Source: Ignavibacteriota bacterium (GTDB lineage Bacteria; Bacteroidota; Ignavibacteria; UBA10030; UBA6906). From it: 64,000 bases of DNA. Shown piece after piece: positions 21,701 to 31,654 of the stretch. Within the stretch, counting starts at the first letter, position 1. Each line of letters opens with the position of its first letter. The stretch is from positions 2,784,001 through 2,848,000 of the forward strand of contig CAWDEM010000008.1 in assembly GCA_963801355.1 (NCBI GenBank). Reading direction: 5' to 3'. The notes beneath the pieces were generated by a model that saw only the letters and a program-made list of their open reading frames with translations, was not told where the DNA came from and did no database searches. Both the position numbers and the translations under genes were made by a program.

Positions 21701-23116
21701 TTCGGCGATCAGCGGAACGCCCAGCCAGTCCACCGACGGTGCACCGATCGATTCCACTTCACCACTGGCAACAAGCGCGGCGAAGGCGGCCGGAGTTGCG
21801 AGCAGTGATTTCCCGGTGCGCAGCACATAGGCGGTAAGCCCACGCCCCGGCGCCACTGCCGGAGCCTCCTTATCGACCTGATCCACAAAGTAGGGGAAAT
21901 GGAGACGATCCTGTGTTTCATCGTAGAGTGCGATGTAGAAATTTTCCGCTGGCATGAGTTCCGCAATGATACCGTGAACAGCGTGGAACAGGTCTTCAAG
22001 GCTGCGCGATTCCTGCGTGATAGCTGCGATCCGGTTCACCGTCGACTGGATGCGGCTGGCATGCTTGTGCTCGGTAATGTCGAGCGCCAACTCAAAACGC
22101 ACATCTCGCCCGTCAGACCATTTGATGATCTTGTCTGTCACGAGATAGTCGCGATTCAGGCGGGGGTTATGGAATTCCCAGCGATAGGGCTGGCCGTGCA
22201 GATCGGTTATCAGGTGGTTGGTGCAGAATCGACAGGGTGTGTCAAACCCGTGCAGGGCATGGTAACACTTCTTGCCAATCAGCGGCCCCCCAAGTGTCTT
22301 CTGCAGATGCGCGTTGGCGTACAGCAGCTCGTAGGATGTCGGATCGCTCACATAGATGGCCTCGGTAATGCTGTCAAACACCGAAAGCACCTGGTCACGC
22401 TCACTCAGATCGCGGAATGCATAGACAACACCCACTTCGCTGCCATAGGCATCACGGATGGGCGTCGCAATCCTCTGCATGTGGGTCCGCATACCTGTCC
22501 GCCCGACAACCACGACCGGAGCATCGGCAGCGTCAGCGGCCGATCGCGCTCCGTCGTTCTCCAACACACACACTTCCTCAATCGCCCGCCCCACCGCCTC
22601 TTCCGAAGTCCAACCCGTCACGCGTTCCGCAACCGGATTGAAAAGATGGATCCGTCCCTCGGTGTCCGTCGTGACAACGGCGTCGTCAATCGATCGAAGA
22701 GTCGTGGAAAGCCAGTGCTGATTCTCTCGAAGCTGCTTGTCCGTTGCGCTCTTGTAGAGCGCCATTTCGATCGTCTTCAGGAGCTCACGTTCGTCGAAAG
22801 GCTTGAGGACATACCCGAATGGATCCGTGATTTTCGCACGTTGAAGCGTTGCCTCGTCGGAGTTGGCCGTGAGATAGACTACCGTGATCTCACTCTGCCG
22901 TCGAATCTCTTCTGCGGCTGCAACCCCATCCATCCCTCCCCGCAGCGTGATATCCATGAGCACCAGGTCCGGGCGTGTGGCAACCGCACAGGCCACAGCC
23001 TCGGCACCCGATGAGAGGACGTCGAGGACCTGATACCCTATTCTCTCCAGATGCCCTTGGAGATCAGTAGCGATAATCCCCTCATCCTCAACAATCAGGA
23101 TCCTTGCTTTCGGCAT
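18749..23116 (-). CDS. Large multi-sensor hybrid kinase (REC-PAS-PAS-GAF-PAS-PAS-PAS-HisKA-HATPase-REC-Hpt)
   Basis: ILIVEDEGIIA; several PAS/PAC repeats (DITERK); [17 protein letters not shown]; AHALKG. Start placed at MPKAR (23116), downstream of the predicted promoter. Confidence 0.93.
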   Translation of the reverse strand: MPKARILIVEDEGIIATDLQGHLERIGYQVLDVLSSGAEAVACAVATRPDLVLMDITLRGGMDGVAAAEEIRRQSEITVVYLTANSDEATLQRAKITDPFGYVLKPFDERELLKTIEMALYKSATDKQLRENQHWLSTTLRSIDDAVVTTDTEGRIHLFNPVAERVTGWTSEEAVGRAIEEVCVLENDGARSAADAADAPVVVVGRTGMRTHMQRIATPIRDAYGSEVGVVYAFRDLSERDQVLSVFDSITEAIYVSDPTSYELLYANAHLQKTLGGPLIGKKCYHALHGFDTPCRFCTNHLITDLHGQPYRWEFHNPRLNRDYLVTDKIIKWSDGRDVRFELALDITEHKHASRIQSTVNRIAAITQESRSLEDLFHAVHGIIAELMPAENFYIALYDETQDRLHFPYFVDQVDKEAPAVAPGRGLTAYVLRTGKSLLATPAAFAALVASGEVESIGAPSVDWLGVPLIAEGKSFGAVVVQSYDERIRFSHHEMQLLEAVAPQVALSINKKRAEEEMQELNNRLRTVSRAVEQSPASIMVTDLEGTIEYVNPKFEQASGYSAAEVIGRNPRILNSGHTPADVYRGMWDTLLQGKEWRGEFSNRRKDGAIYWEYASISPIRNAEGLTTHYVAVKEDITERKKIEQELIRLAYVTRSIREFVLITDSRGRISYANRAVTDRFGYTLDELIGKQVAVLLSTSMPPEMIRGATRGTLKGGWSGDIMGASRQGGTFWMSLTTSILMHESRVLGVVIVARDITERKRAEEQLRKSENQFRLLWENSRDGMRLSDADGRILIVNKAFCELVGLSREDLEGNSMAVLYQSAKRDHVLQNYRAHFAARDVEAYFEKENVLWNDRSIWFAVSNAFIESEGQPPILLSIVRDITERKLAEGELARHASDLFVAKSKAEEQARMLEIQAVELRQAKEEALQASQLKSEFVANMSHEIRTPMNGIIGMTGILLDTPLTDDQREFAETIRTSGNALLSIINGILDFSKIEAGKMSLECLGFDPRMTVEEAVDLLAPRAREKGLQLSCTISEGVPAALNGDPGRLRQILVNLLNNAVKFTEKGEVSVHVTVQEEREEDVRLRFEVADTGIGIPADARAHLFQAFFQADGSTTRKYGGTGLGLKISKQLVELMGGTIDVRSDPGGGSTFWFTACFSRQTATSAGGTKDSGAGEMVQEIPESGDAGPARSLRVLVAEDNIVNQKVALRMLTKLGCRADLVANGQEAVDALRAVPYDLVFMDCNMPEVDGFMATEMIRATEASDTHTVIIAMTANALKQDRDKCLAAGMDDYMAKPVTQKALAAILNEWRGKIMQQGPVRIAVPQKHGDAQEPVIDRARWDELADLGDEEDPEWVMSILRRFEEDTESRLVKLVVAAETGDAASLGQTAHALKGSCWNIGATRMASIAQQLQEMGQRGGTDGATEIVNTLETAFASVREAIANYCTARERAR

Positions 23117-23191
23117 TGTGTCCGCGTCACGTTTTTTTGTAGTCTGGCTCCGGAACAGAGCATGCATACCTCTCCCGGCATGCAACCTCTT

Positions 23192-23208
23192 CTCTAACGC
23201 CATGCCAA
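23192..23208 (-). promoter_or_regulatory. sigma54-type promoter (variant -12 GA)
   Basis: Minus strand TTGGCATGGCGTTAGAG (GG-N10-GA), upstream of the kinase start. Confidence 0.5.
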
Positions 23209-23320
23209 GGAATTGGACCCGGCGCATCTGAGCAAAAGGCCTCAAATACCCTCAAATTATCGAGTCTGGGGGGAGTCGGTGAACAGATGGGCGGGTTTCC
23301 AAAAAGGAAGCGTGAGATTG

Positions 23321-23338
23321 GTGGCTAATCATAGCCAC
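23321..23338. promoter_or_regulatory. Palindromic enhancer box
   Basis: GTGGCTA-ATCA-TAGCCAC, perfect 7 bp arms. Confidence 0.65.
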
Positions 23339-23392
23339 TTGGCCAGAATCGGCAGGTGAAATCTGTGCGGCAGAGGGATTCCGGTTAAGAAA

Positions 23393-23587
23393 TCAGGCTT
23401 CTTCCGTCAGGAGATGACGTTTTGAACCACGGAAAGTCGCCGTTTCTTCATCGCGGTCATCGTCAAGCGAAAAATACCTGCAGTCCGTGAAATGCGCAGG
23501 TCCTACTTCATTCCAGATGTGCCGGCATTCCGGGCATCGCTCACGTTCTCCCGCAAACGGCTGCATCAATTCAAGTCGCCGGATCAT
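23393..23587 (-). CDS. Hypothetical 64 aa protein with CxxC...H...C motif
   Basis: Strong GGAGG SD; MIRRLELMQPFAGERERCPECRHIWNEVGPAHFTDCRYF then an acidic tail; overlaps the end of the upstream REC gene. Confidence 0.6.
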   Translation of the reverse strand: MIRRLELMQPFAGERERCPECRHIWNEVGPAHFTDCRYFSLDDDRDEETATFRGSKRHLLTEEA

Positions 23588-23951
23588 ATGTGCCTCCGTC
23601 TTCACAAAGAGTCTGGAGCTTTTCATCCAGAGTGTCCATGTCGTATGGTTTATGCAGTACCGCCTCAATCGACGCCGCCTTGGCCTCGTCAAACACTGAC
23701 GGCGGGAGGTATCCTGACATCAGGACGAGGCGGGGATGGTTGATGTTCCTCGCGCGGATCGTCCGTGCCAGTTCGACACCATTCATTCCCGGGAGGAAAT
23801 AATCTATAAGGACCAGATCCACCTTGGGCCATTCGGCGTTTGCCAGTGCCTCTTCAGCAGTGGCAACCACTCTTGTGCGAAATCCCCTGGACACGAGATA
23901 GGTCGCCAGTGCACGCCGGAACAGCTGGTCATCTTCGACAATCAGAATCAT
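23571..23951 (-). CDS. Single-domain response regulator
   Basis: MILIVEDD, LIDYFLPGMNG, LMSG, HKPY; start could also be ATG 23984. Confidence 0.88.
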   Translation of the reverse strand: MILIVEDDQLFRRALATYLVSRGFRTRVVATAEEALANAEWPKVDLVLIDYFLPGMNGVELARTIRARNINHPRLVLMSGYLPPSVFDEAKAASIEAVLHKPYDMDTLDEKLQTLCEDGGTYDPAT

Positions 23952-24019
23952 CCGATCCCCTTCTGCCCTTTTCAGCGGTTTCATCCCCAGCGAATCTCCC
24001 CTGCATCGCTCCAGTACAT

Positions 24020-24035
24020 TCCAAAACTCATGCCA
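24020..24035 (-). promoter_or_regulatory. sigma54-type promoter (variant -12 GG)
   Basis: Minus strand TGGCATGAGTTTTGGA; box TGCTGAATATCAGCCA at 24121-24136. Confidence 0.55.
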
Positions 24036-24129
24036 GCCGGGGATCAGCTTCAAAAAGCGTGGATCGTGGGGAAATTCGCCACAAATGGAGAGGGACGGCA
24101 GTCACGCCGCCGTGTGGCAATGCTGAATA

Positions 24130-26793
24130 TCAGCCACCTGAAGGAAGAGTCGGCGGCTGGTCGAGAACATCTCTCACCAGTTGCAGAAACTGATCCGGGT
24201 TGAAGGGCTTCTGAATGGCATGGAGGTGCTCTTCATCCAGCAACGCCGAAATCACCGCATCGGGCATGTAGCCCGTACAGAAAAACGCTTTGACGCGCGG
24301 ATTGATCTTCTTGAGTTCAACGAATGTCTGCCCGCCGTCCATGCCGGGCATCACAAGGTCAAGGATGACAAGTTTGACGATCTCCGGTTGGCTTCGGTAA
24401 ATCTCTATCGCCTCCGGGCCGTTGCTGGCGATCAGCACTTTGTACCCGTGTTCCTCCAGGAGTTCGCGGCCGAGTTCCTGCATGGAGTCTTCGTCGTCAA
24501 CCACGAGAATTGTCTCTTGTCTGCCTCTGGCCGGCGCGGACTGGATTTCCGCAGCCGGGACGGGGGCCGCGGCCGTGACGGCAGGGAAATACACATGAAA
24601 TGTCGTGCCTTCTCCCTCTTCGCTGTCGACGAGAATCGTTCCGTGATGATTCCGCACGATATTGTAGACCACCGCCAGCCCCAGCCCGGTTCCGCGTCCC
24701 CGCTCTTTTGTCGTGAAGAACGGGTCAAAGATCTTCTCGCGTATTGCCCCGGGGATGCCCATGCCGTCATCGCTGACACGCAGTTCCACGAACCGTTCCG
24801 TTTGCATCGCCAGCATCTGGGCACTGACCCCTTCTCCAGCGTGACCGTTGAACGCGCCGATTGTCACGGTTCCCGGGGAGTCGCTTCCGCGGGCGAGCAC
24901 GGCATCGCGTGCGTTGACACAGAGATTCATCAACACCTGGTACAGTTCGCCATGATCCCCTAGAATGGCGCTGAGCTCGGCATCAACGTGGCGGTTGACG
25001 GCAACCGACGCGGGGAATGTTTCCATGCACACCGAACACACTTCATCCACAACCTGTGCAACGTCGACTGTCGTGCTTTCACGCTTCGCCTTGCGCGCGA
25101 ACGAGAGCAGCTGCGCAGACAATTCAGCGCCCCGGGTGGCGGATTTCTCTATGGTGTGACTGTATTTCAGCACTTTCTCGGGATCGCTTGCGTGCTTCTT
25201 GATCTGCATGACGAACCCGATGACGTTGTTCAGGATGTTGTTAAAATCGTGCGCAATGCCGCTTGCGAGCGTGCCGATGCTTTCCATCTTGTGCGCCTGG
25301 CGGAGCTGTTCTTCGAGCCGCTTTCGCTCGGTCACATCGTACATGTATCCCTTATACTCGATCAGCTGGTCGTTGGCATCGAAAACTCCGATGGCATTTT
25401 CGACGCAATGAATCAGCTGGCCGTCGGGACGCACCAGATCCTTTTCGTGTTCCACAATGCGCCGCCGCACGTGCAGCAGGTTGAGGAATGCATCGCGGAG
25501 GTGTTCACTGGGATAGAGCGAGTGCAGATTGCAGGTGAGTGCGGTGGCCACATCCGGAAATCCGAGGATCCGCGCAAACGCCGGATTACAGTCCCGCAGC
25601 GTGCCGTCCGCGCGGACAATGTAATCTCCGGTCAGATCCTCCTCAAAGAACTGGCGGTAACGCTCCTCGCTCTTGCGCAGTGCTTCCTCCGCCTCCAGCC
25701 GTTCGGTGATGTCGCGCAGGATGATGGTGTAGAGGCGCTCTCCCTGGGATTCCACCTGGGAGATGGAGGCTTCGATCGGAAATTCTTTGCCGCCATGCCG
25801 CACACCCATCACAATGCCCGGACTCCCCATCCGTCGCTTCATTGCACCCGATTGGCCGAACTCATCGATGTGCTCCTTGTGTGACCGCCGGAAGCGCGAG
25901 GGGATGAATTCTTCCACATGCCTCCCCAGCGCCTCGTGGCTCGACCAGCCGAAGACCTGTTCCGCCGCCGCATTGAAGAGGATGATGCGCTGATTGCTGT
26001 CGATGGTGATAATGGCGTCCATGGCCGATGCCACGATCCCTGTGACGCGGGCCTCGCTCACCCGCAGCGCCTCCTCCGCGTGCCGTTGATCCGTGACATC
26101 CCTGAACACCACGACCATGCCGGTGATGACCCCCCGGTCGTCTTTAATGGGGGCTGCGCTTTCTTCAATGGGGATACGCTTCCCCGATTTGCTGACCAGG
26201 ACGGTGGCGGGAGGCCCCGCACCGACGTCGTCAAACGCAGTATTGAACACCTCGGCCAGCTGATGCTGCAGCGCTTCTGCGCTGCGCCATTCTGTAATCT
26301 GCTCCGCCACCGGATTGACAAACGTGATGTTCCCCGAGGTGTCCGCCGCGATAATCCCATCTCCGATGCTGCGGAGGGTCGTGGCGAGCCACCGTTCGCT
26401 CTCACGGAGCCGTGCTTCCATCCGGTGTTTGTAGAGCGCCATCTCAATGGTGATACAGAGCTCCCGTTCTTCGAACGGCTTGAGAATGTAGCCGAAGGCA
26501 TCCGTTACTTTCGCCCGCTGAAGCGTATGCTCGTCCGCATACGCCGTGAGATAGACCACGGGAATCGCATAGAGATCACGAATCTGATCCGCCGCCGTGA
26601 TGCCGTCAACGTCCCCGCGCAGCATGATGTCCATCAGCACCAGGTCAGGATGTGTCTGACCGGCCTGCTCAATGGCTTCTGTTGCCGTCGATGCAATCCC
26701 GGCGACCACATAGCCCCGCTTGTGAAGCCGCGACGCGATGTCACGGGCGACAATGTGTTCATCTTCGACAACAAGTATAGATGTCTGACTCAT
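24130..26793 (-). CDS. Hybrid histidine kinase (REC-PAS-PAS-PAS-HisKA-HATPase-REC; CckA/NtrB-like core)
   Basis: [38 protein letters not shown]; FixL-like PAS (HKEHIDEF). Confidence 0.93.
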   Translation of the reverse strand: MSQTSILVVEDEHIVARDIASRLHKRGYVVAGIASTATEAIEQAGQTHPDLVLMDIMLRGDVDGITAADQIRDLYAIPVVYLTAYADEHTLQRAKVTDAFGYILKPFEERELCITIEMALYKHRMEARLRESERWLATTLRSIGDGIIAADTSGNITFVNPVAEQITEWRSAEALQHQLAEVFNTAFDDVGAGPPATVLVSKSGKRIPIEESAAPIKDDRGVITGMVVVFRDVTDQRHAEEALRVSEARVTGIVASAMDAIITIDSNQRIILFNAAAEQVFGWSSHEALGRHVEEFIPSRFRRSHKEHIDEFGQSGAMKRRMGSPGIVMGVRHGGKEFPIEASISQVESQGERLYTIILRDITERLEAEEALRKSEERYRQFFEEDLTGDYIVRADGTLRDCNPAFARILGFPDVATALTCNLHSLYPSEHLRDAFLNLLHVRRRIVEHEKDLVRPDGQLIHCVENAIGVFDANDQLIEYKGYMYDVTERKRLEEQLRQAHKMESIGTLASGIAHDFNNILNNVIGFVMQIKKHASDPEKVLKYSHTIEKSATRGAELSAQLLSFARKAKRESTTVDVAQVVDEVCSVCMETFPASVAVNRHVDAELSAILGDHGELYQVLMNLCVNARDAVLARGSDSPGTVTIGAFNGHAGEGVSAQMLAMQTERFVELRVSDDGMGIPGAIREKIFDPFFTTKERGRGTGLGLAVVYNIVRNHHGTILVDSEEGEGTTFHVYFPAVTAAAPVPAAEIQSAPARGRQETILVVDDEDSMQELGRELLEEHGYKVLIASNGPEAIEIYRSQPEIVKLVILDLVMPGMDGGQTFVELKKINPRVKAFFCTGYMPDAVISALLDEEHLHAIQKPFNPDQFLQLVRDVLDQPPTLPSGG

Positions 26794-26881
26794 CCCTGTG
26801 CACTCCCTTTGGCTTCACCGTGCCCGCGCAGGACCCGTTTCACTCCGGGCGGGGGGAATTCTTCATGATGGGGCTCCGCGT

Positions 26882-28012
26882 TCATGGTCTCCGGAGATAC
26901 AAACAGCTGATGGAGGCCGCACCGCCATGCCCGTGGAGCACAAATCCTGACACCGTAGCATCAAAGAACCCGCCGCCGGCATACCGTACTTCGAGAGGGC
27001 GTGGAGCAAGCGTGCCGGTACTCGCCAGCTGGGCGAGGATTTCAGGGACGTTCATTCCCGGTGTACAAAGCTGTTGCAGGTTCATGCCGCACACGCGATC
27101 GGCGGGCTGCCCGAGAAGAATCTCCAGAGCCGGCGTGAGGGCCAGCACGACGCCTTCGGGAGACGCCAGGAACCACGACCCGTGCAGCGGGAACGGCGCC
27201 GCGCTTTCAACACTCTGCTCCGCCGTGCCGGCTGCATCCACCGGAGCATCCCCGGTGGTTGTCGGCCGGCTTTCAAGAACACACTGGGTCATCTCGAACA
27301 TCCCCCGCTGATCCACGGCGATGCTTCCCTTAAACGTCGCTGTCATCACCGTCCCGTCGCGCGTGACACAGTCCAGCGCGATGCTCTCAGTCACCGGGCT
27401 GTTGCGAAACCGGGTGGTCAGCGCGATGAACTGCTCGGTACACCCGGGCGCCAGGAACTCCCCGAACCAGTGCCCGTGCACTTCCTCCTGCGTGTACCCG
27501 AACAACGCCTGCCACGCATTGTTGACCCGCAACAGATGACCGTCGGCATCCAGCGACTGGAAGGCGACCGGCGCATGATCATACAGCAGCCGGAAGCGCT
27601 CCTCGCTGTTGCGGATCCTTTTCTCGGACTGGTGCTTGTACAGAGCCATTTCAATCGTGGTGTACAGTCCCCGCTCGTCAAACGGTTTCAGAATATAGCC
27701 GAACGGTTCCGTGACTTTTGCCCGCGACAACGTCGCATCGTCCGACGATGCCGTGAGATAGACGACGGGAATATCGAACCTGCGCCTGATGATCTCGGCG
27801 GCCTGAATGCCGTCCATGTCTCCCGGCAGGAGAATGTCCATCAGGATCAGATCCGGACGCGTCTCCTCGCATTGTTGTACCGCTCCGCGTCCGGTCGTCG
27901 CCCGCGCACCGACCGTGTATCCGAGCGATGTCAACCAGTGCGTCAGGTCTTCTGCAACAATCAATTCGTCTTCCACCACCATGACATTGCGCTTGCGCAT
28001 TCGTGTACTCAC
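26882..28012 (-). CDS. REC-PAS-PAS protein without a recognisable output domain
   Basis: [41 protein letters not shown]; no H-box or GGDEF seen. Confidence 0.85.
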   Translation of the reverse strand: MSTRMRKRNVMVVEDELIVAEDLTHWLTSLGYTVGARATTGRGAVQQCEETRPDLILMDILLPGDMDGIQAAEIIRRRFDIPVVYLTASSDDATLSRAKVTEPFGYILKPFDERGLYTTIEMALYKHQSEKRIRNSEERFRLLYDHAPVAFQSLDADGHLLRVNNAWQALFGYTQEEVHGHWFGEFLAPGCTEQFIALTTRFRNSPVTESIALDCVTRDGTVMTATFKGSIAVDQRGMFEMTQCVLESRPTTTGDAPVDAAGTAEQSVESAAPFPLHGSWFLASPEGVVLALTPALEILLGQPADRVCGMNLQQLCTPGMNVPEILAQLASTGTLAPRPLEVRYAGGGFFDATVSGFVLHGHGGAASISCLYLRRP

Positions 28013-30231
28013 TTTCGAAATATCAGAACGAATTCGACCCCTTCCGCGCGTCGGGGCATTGTCAGCTGTCCCTGCACCTGATCCGCCAGCATGCGGACAA
28101 GGGTGAGGCCCAGACTGTCGGCCTTTTGCACTTCGACATCCTGGGGGAGGCCTACGCCGTTATCCCGTACCACCAGGCGGATCCGGCCCGGGGCAATCGA
28201 TTGCAGTTCCACGTCGATCTTCCCTTTTCGCCCGCCGGGGAATGCATACTTCAGCGCATTCGTCACCAGTTCATTGATGATGATGCCGCAGGGGATTGCG
28301 CGGTCGACGCCCAAGGACACGGCATCGACGTTGATTGCCATTTGCACGCTCTCCTGGGCGATGCCATACGACCGGAACAACTGTGCAACGAGCACGCGCA
28401 GATAGTCGCCGAAGTCAATCTCGGCAAGGTTGTGCGACTGGTAGAGTTTTTCGTGGACGAGGGCCATGGACTTGACGCGGCTCTGGCTCTCGCGCATGAT
28501 CCGGAGCATGCCCTCGTCGGTCAGATATTCGGCCTGGAGGCTCAACAAACTGGAAATGACCTGGAGGTTGTTCTTTACCCGGTGATGGATTTCCTTCAGG
28601 AGCACTTCTTTCTCCCGGAGCGACGCACGGAGGCTCTCTTCCGTCCGTTTCCGTTCGGTGATATCGCGCGCGACGCCCACCAGCGCGACCGGTTCGCCCT
28701 CATCGTTGTGCACTACGGACGTCCAGAGTTCGACCGGGAACTCACTCCCGTCGGCTCTGCGGTTGAGAACTTCGCCGTTCCATTCCCCCCGCATCGTGGC
28801 CGTGCGGATTTCTTCATCCAGTGCGGCCAGCGTGCCGGGGGCCCGCACCAGGTTGACATTCCGGCCGATCAGTTCATCTTCCGAAAAGCCATAGGTCCTG
28901 ACAAACGCATCATTCACGAAGAGAATCCGGTTGTTGACATCGGTGATGGAAATAGCATCGCGTGTGCTGGTGAGTGTGTGCGCCAGGAGGCGCAGCCGCC
29001 GATCGGCTTCCCGTGGCTCAGTGACGTCTCTGATCGTTCCCCATGTACGGATGAGCAGCCCCTGTTCGACGGTCCCGACAAAGTTGTATTGGAGGTGGCG
29101 CGTTTCACCGTGCGCGTCACGGCGCAACACTTCCAGGTCGCTCACACTGTATCCGGAAGCCACGAATTGCGTCACAATGTCCTGCACTTGCGGTGGCTCC
29201 AGCCGAAGGGCATCCGTCAGGCGTGTGTTGACGAGTTCTGCGGCACTCGCAAGTCCGTAGAAACGTGCAAGTGTGTTGTTGCATTCGGCGAGATACGTTT
29301 GCGTGAGTATCAAACGCACCTGTTCATCCTGAGGCGCGGTGACGGGTATGGGAACGTCGGTCTCAAACCGGCAGATGCCTTCGGAGCTGTTCTCGATGAA
29401 TGCGCGGTACCGTTCTTCGCTCCGGCGGAGGTGTTCTTCGCTGCGGCAGAGGGCCTCATACGTCGTTGACCCTCCGGATGCCCGGTCGGGTGCCATCAGA
29501 ACACCGCACCCTCCGCCGACCGGAAATACCGTGCAGTCGAGGAGCAGTGATCGGCCGGGCCAGGAAATACCGGTCAGCGGCCGGGGCTTGCCGGTGGAGC
29601 GCACAGCGGTGAGAGCAGCTTCGAGGTCGGCCAGGCGGACGAAGGACGAAAGCGGTTCTCCGACAACCTGGGTTTCCCTGCGGCCGGTGAACCGCGCCAC
29701 GGCCGGATTCCAGTGCACGATCCGCCCGGTCTCGTCGACTGCGAAATACATGTCCGGTGTATGTTCTGCCAGACCGCGGATGGACTGTGTGGCGATGCGG
29801 GCGCGACGGGTCGCAACATCACGCCCGGTCACGTCAATCACGGTGCAGACAAATCCCGAGAACCGCCTGCCGGTGTTCCACACGCGTGACCGCACGTCGC
29901 ACGCGCGCATGGCATTCCCGCGCGTGCGGAAGCGGCATGTCAGGTGAAACGGCTGGCGTGCCGCGGCGGCCGCGGCCACCGTCTCGCTGACCATCCGGCG
30001 ATCCTGCATATGGACGCGTCGGAGCCATCCCGTTCCGCTCACGTCCGCCGCATGCGCGCCGAGAAACTCGAGGAATGGCGTGTTGGCTTTCGACAGCCGT
30101 CCGGCCCGGTCCAATACCAGCACCGGCACCGGAATCGCTCCCGCGATTCCGGTGAATGCGGACCCGGCGGAGGCTTTGGTGCGACGCACAGGGGTGCCCG
30201 GCTGTTTTTCCGCCGCGCGGTGCTTCATCAC
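28009..30231 (-). CDS. Multi-PAS HisKA_2-type histidine kinase
   Basis: EIHHRVKNNLQ, MALVHEKLY, NELVTNALKYAF, DNGVG. Confidence 0.92.
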   Translation of the reverse strand: MMKHRAAEKQPGTPVRRTKASAGSAFTGIAGAIPVPVLVLDRAGRLSKANTPFLEFLGAHAADVSGTGWLRRVHMQDRRMVSETVAAAAAARQPFHLTCRFRTRGNAMRACDVRSRVWNTGRRFSGFVCTVIDVTGRDVATRRARIATQSIRGLAEHTPDMYFAVDETGRIVHWNPAVARFTGRRETQVVGEPLSSFVRLADLEAALTAVRSTGKPRPLTGISWPGRSLLLDCTVFPVGGGCGVLMAPDRASGGSTTYEALCRSEEHLRRSEERYRAFIENSSEGICRFETDVPIPVTAPQDEQVRLILTQTYLAECNNTLARFYGLASAAELVNTRLTDALRLEPPQVQDIVTQFVASGYSVSDLEVLRRDAHGETRHLQYNFVGTVEQGLLIRTWGTIRDVTEPREADRRLRLLAHTLTSTRDAISITDVNNRILFVNDAFVRTYGFSEDELIGRNVNLVRAPGTLAALDEEIRTATMRGEWNGEVLNRRADGSEFPVELWTSVVHNDEGEPVALVGVARDITERKRTEESLRASLREKEVLLKEIHHRVKNNLQVISSLLSLQAEYLTDEGMLRIMRESQSRVKSMALVHEKLYQSHNLAEIDFGDYLRVLVAQLFRSYGIAQESVQMAINVDAVSLGVDRAIPCGIIINELVTNALKYAFPGGRKGKIDVELQSIAPGRIRLVVRDNGVGLPQDVEVQKADSLGLTLVRMLADQVQGQLTMPRRAEGVEFVLIFRK

Positions 30232-31640
30232 ACGCTCGTGCGATAGGTGCGCTGTTCCGGTCGAATCCCGAGTTGTTCCATACGATATCGCAGCTTCGAG
30301 CGGGTCAAACCCAGTACCTTGGCCGCCTGCACCTGATTCCCTCCCACGATATCGAGAGTCTTGAGAATAAGGTCTTTCATCACTTCACTCATCTTGATGC
30401 CATGAGGGGGAAGATCCAGCACAAATGTTTTGCTGCCGGAAGCCACTGTGGGTGAGTTCCCTGCCGCGCGGAGGAATGCGAAATGTTCGGCGGTCAACAC
30501 GGGCACATTATTGAGGAGCACAACGCGTTCCATGGCATTCCGGAGTTCGCGTACATTGCCTTTCCACATCAGATTCCCCAGATACTGCAGGGCCTCGGCA
30601 CTGACCTGCGGGACCGGCCGGTTGAAGCGGCGACAGAACTCCGCAAGAAAAGCCGTGGACAGCTCACTGATATCTTCCCTCCTGTTGCGCAACGGCGGGA
30701 TGCGGACGGAGGCGACATTCAGTCTGTAGAAGAGGTCTTCGCGGAAGCGTCCTTCTTCCACTTCGCGGCTGAGTTCCTTGTTTGACGCGGCAATGACGCG
30801 GACGTCGACACTGATCTCCTTGGTGCCTCCGAGGCGGTAGAACCGTTTCTCCTCCAGAACACGCAGCAGTTTTACCTGCATGTCCAGGGAGAGTTCACGG
30901 ATTTCATCGAGAAGGATGGTTCCGCCGTCTGCGAGCTCGAACTTCCCCTGCTTCATCTTTTCGGTGGCGCCGGTGAAAGCTCCCTTCTCGTAGCCAAAGA
31001 ACTCGCTTTCCGCCAGTTCCTTCGGGATCGCCCCGCAATTCAGCGTCACAAACGGCTTATCCCGGCGCGAGCTCTTCTGATGGATAAACCTGGCCATCAA
31101 CTCTTTTCCCGTGCCGCTTTCGCCCTCGAGAAGCACCGTCGTGTTCTCCCCCATCGCGAGCTTCTCCGCCGTCTCCAACGCCCGGCGAAGCGCGGGACTC
31201 TTCCCGATGATCCCTGACCGCGAGCGCTCCTCCTCCAGCTCTTCCTGCAGGAGTTTGACCTGGTTCTGCAAGCGCGCATGATCCAGATTCTTTTCGATGA
31301 GGACGCCGAGGTGGCTCAGATCAAACGGCTTCACCACGAAATCCGCCGCCCCTTCCTTCATGGCCCGCACAGCCAGGGAGACATCCGAGTGTGCCGTCAT
31401 GATGATCACGGGGGAATCCCATCCATCGGCGCGCATCTTGTTCAACAATTGAATGCCGTTGACGTCCCCCATGTAGATGTCCAGCAGCACGAGGTCGGGT
31501 TTTTGCTCCTCGAGATGTTGGAAGAACTCCTCCCCGCGGCTGCACAGAGCCACCGCATAGCCGAGCTCGCTCAAAATCTTCTTGAGGGTGTTGCCCAGAA
31601 TGGTCTCGTCATCGGCCACGAGTATCCGTGCTTTGGACAT
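30228..31640 (-). CDS. NtrC-family sigma54-dependent activator (REC-AAA+-HTH_8)
   Basis: GESGTGKE, ESEFFGYEKGAFTGA (GAFTGA intact), FREDLFYRL, GNVRELRN, Fis-type HTH. Confidence 0.96.
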   Translation of the reverse strand: MSKARILVADDETILGNTLKKILSELGYAVALCSRGEEFFQHLEEQKPDLVLLDIYMGDVNGIQLLNKMRADGWDSPVIIMTAHSDVSLAVRAMKEGAADFVVKPFDLSHLGVLIEKNLDHARLQNQVKLLQEELEEERSRSGIIGKSPALRRALETAEKLAMGENTTVLLEGESGTGKELMARFIHQKSSRRDKPFVTLNCGAIPKELAESEFFGYEKGAFTGATEKMKQGKFELADGGTILLDEIRELSLDMQVKLLRVLEEKRFYRLGGTKEISVDVRVIAASNKELSREVEEGRFREDLFYRLNVASVRIPPLRNRREDISELSTAFLAEFCRRFNRPVPQVSAEALQYLGNLMWKGNVRELRNAMERVVLLNNVPVLTAEHFAFLRAAGNSPTVASGSKTFVLDLPPHGIKMSEVMKDLILKTLDIVGGNQVQAAKVLGLTRSKLRYRMEQLGIRPEQRTYRTSV

Positions 31641-31654
31641 GGTGCAACCTCACG

